This document shows positions 62,054-64,000 of a DNA stretch of 64,000 nt, piece after piece. Below the pieces are notes generated by a model. It had not been told where the DNA came from. It worked only from the letters and a program-made list of their open reading frames with translations, and did no database searches. This DNA is from Raja brachyura (taxonomy: Eukaryota): assembly GCA_963514005.1 (NCBI GenBank), contig OY740821.1:11904001-11968000 (forward strand). Reading direction: 5' to 3'. How positions within the stretch are numbered: position 1 is the first letter of the stretch; each line of letters starts with the position of its first letter. The position numbers and the translations under genes were made by a program.

Positions 62054-64000
62054 TTATATGTAATTAAGAGCCTGGATGGTGTTATCTAGGCAGGAAGATG
62101 AAGAAGCAGCCAGAGTAAGGACAACAAGTAATTATATCATAAATGTTTAACATTTTACAATGTTCCAAGGCACTTCACAGAACTATGAGCACCAAGGCAA
62201 CCAATGAATCTGCCTAGATTTAACAAGTGATTGAAAGTATGGTTTACACAGAGACAGGACATTCTCCAATAACCCAACACACAGTTTGGGCATCACCAGG
62301 ACCACACAGCTCCCACCCTCATCGCAGCGCGTGTCTAACTATGGAGGGAATGGACCTCAAGAGAAGAGCACTCTCAATAGTTGGGGTCACTGTGCACACA
62401 AAGATAGATGCTCACAATCTTACTTGGTGTCGGATAACAAAGCACTTGACTCGCCTTCCAGTGGGCAGTAAGGTCGATATATAACACTGACGCCCTCTAT
62501 TAGAAATTGATGTTCTTCAATGAAAACGGTTATTCTTCCCTCTTCACCTTTATAGTTGCAATAATAAATCTTTATCTTCGACAATTCATTGCTGTTTGAC
62601 TGAAAGGTTTTTGTGTAAAATGTTTGGTGGAAAAAAAATGTAAGTGCGCTAAATATTTACCCCTCGGGCGTCTTAAGTTTCCCAAATTCACAATGCATTG
62701 TGAAAGTTAACCAGGTTATTATGTATCCTAGCTGAACGCATCTGTCAGAGTGTCCATTGTCCACATTGATGGCGGGTCTGTTCATGTGGCAACGTCGAGG
62801 AAAAATGTAACCCCAAATTAGAGGTTGAAGCTCAGCCGCAAGACTCATCCAGCAAGGACCCGCTCCGTTCTGTTGCTCTCTTCCATTTTAACGACCTTAT
62901 CAAGGCAAACAACAGCAATACCTATTCCCCTGCCCCAAGATGAATAAGAACTTCAGCCACGATTGGGTGGGGTTGGGAGGAGGGAGGGGGGGAGAGGAGA
63001 GAAGCCCTCGCAAGTAGGTGTTTGAACGTCCTTTCCCTGTGGCAGTGCCGAGAGGAGGAAGGGGTGCAGGTTGAAGCTCATTTCGGCTGCCTCGACCTCC
63101 TCCCACTGTTCTGACCTGCAGGGTCCAATCACCCAGCTGCCAGCAGCCCACCCATCCTGACAATCACCCGATGGTCAACTCTGCACGATGCAAACTTTGG
63201 TGGTGACTATTGACAGGAGAATGGCCGACAGCGCACATCGTCTGGCCGGGCCCGACCCTTGCAACTCTGGCCCAGTGCCACCAGCAGGACAACGGGCGCT
63301 ATGGCCAAGTTAAGACTCTATGTTTTTAACAAATTTGATCTTGAAGGGTGCAAGATGGTGCTGGAAACATGGCGACTGTTGTATACTGCCTCAGTGTAAT
63401 ATGCTATCCTTGTACTTAAGACTTAAGTATGTTTATGCCAATGTATATTAAGTTTTTTACTGAACTCTATGCAAGCAAGGCGTTTCACTATACCTTGGTA
63501 CATGTGACAATAACGTACATTGAATTTGGGCATTCATCACTGAGACACAAGCTGTTTCTGCCCAACATGCGCAAACCCCAGGCAGATTTCACCAAATAGC
63601 TGCACTATCACAGGAAATGAGACTCTACCTCGCTGTACCACTGTGTCTCTGGGGTACGAGAAGCTGAGAGTCACTGGGTGCAGCAGCATCTATGGAGCGA
63701 AGGAGATGGGCAACGTTTTGGGCCGAACCCCGTCAGTCACTGTTTGCCATCTGGTGATGTTTATTAAAGGATAACTGAACTAACTGGATCTCATAAAGTC
63801 GTGCTGATCTGCGCTAAATATTTGCACCTTCAGCCTTGTGATGTTCGAGACCTTGGCTCAACTCCTGCCCTCTCTGCCGCTGCCATGCTCCTGAAGTGAC
63901 GGGGCAAGAGGATGTTTTTTGTGCTTTTTAGATTGCTTCTCTGCATTTGCTTTCACCTTTCCCATCAGCGGTGCGGGGCGCAGGTGCCGCACTGTCTGCA

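Overview
Vertebrate nuclear DNA, most likely from a cartilaginous fish (skate/ray-like, inferred from HE1/V-SINE, DeuSINE, CR1/HER1 and Penelope repeats). There are two + strand intron-containing genes. EIF4B has coding exons 2-15 at 13011-36604, with exon 1 apparently upstream of the window. PYM1/WIBG has two alternative first coding exons in a CpG island at 45.7-46.3 kb, then exons at 49059 and 52991. Most of the rest is transposon debris: Rex1/Babar, CR1 and L1-type LINEs, a decayed DD34E Tc1, Penelope fragments, SINEs and palindromic MITEs. The most notable observation is a 135-bp insertion at 14180-14314 (- strand) with a perfect 12-bp target-site duplication. Its 5' end folds by eye into a compact HDV/CPEB3-like self-cleaving ribozyme, followed by a 3' stem-loop and a (GAA)n tail, which suggests a ribozyme-headed mini-retroposon. 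Also notable are many Penelope-derived minimal hammerhead motifs, candidate EIF4B microexons, a PYM1 overlapping uORF and a ~200-bp fold-back near the PYM1 promoter. All calls were made by eye; no searches or folding programs were run. Repeat boundaries are approximate unless a TSD or TIR is quoted.
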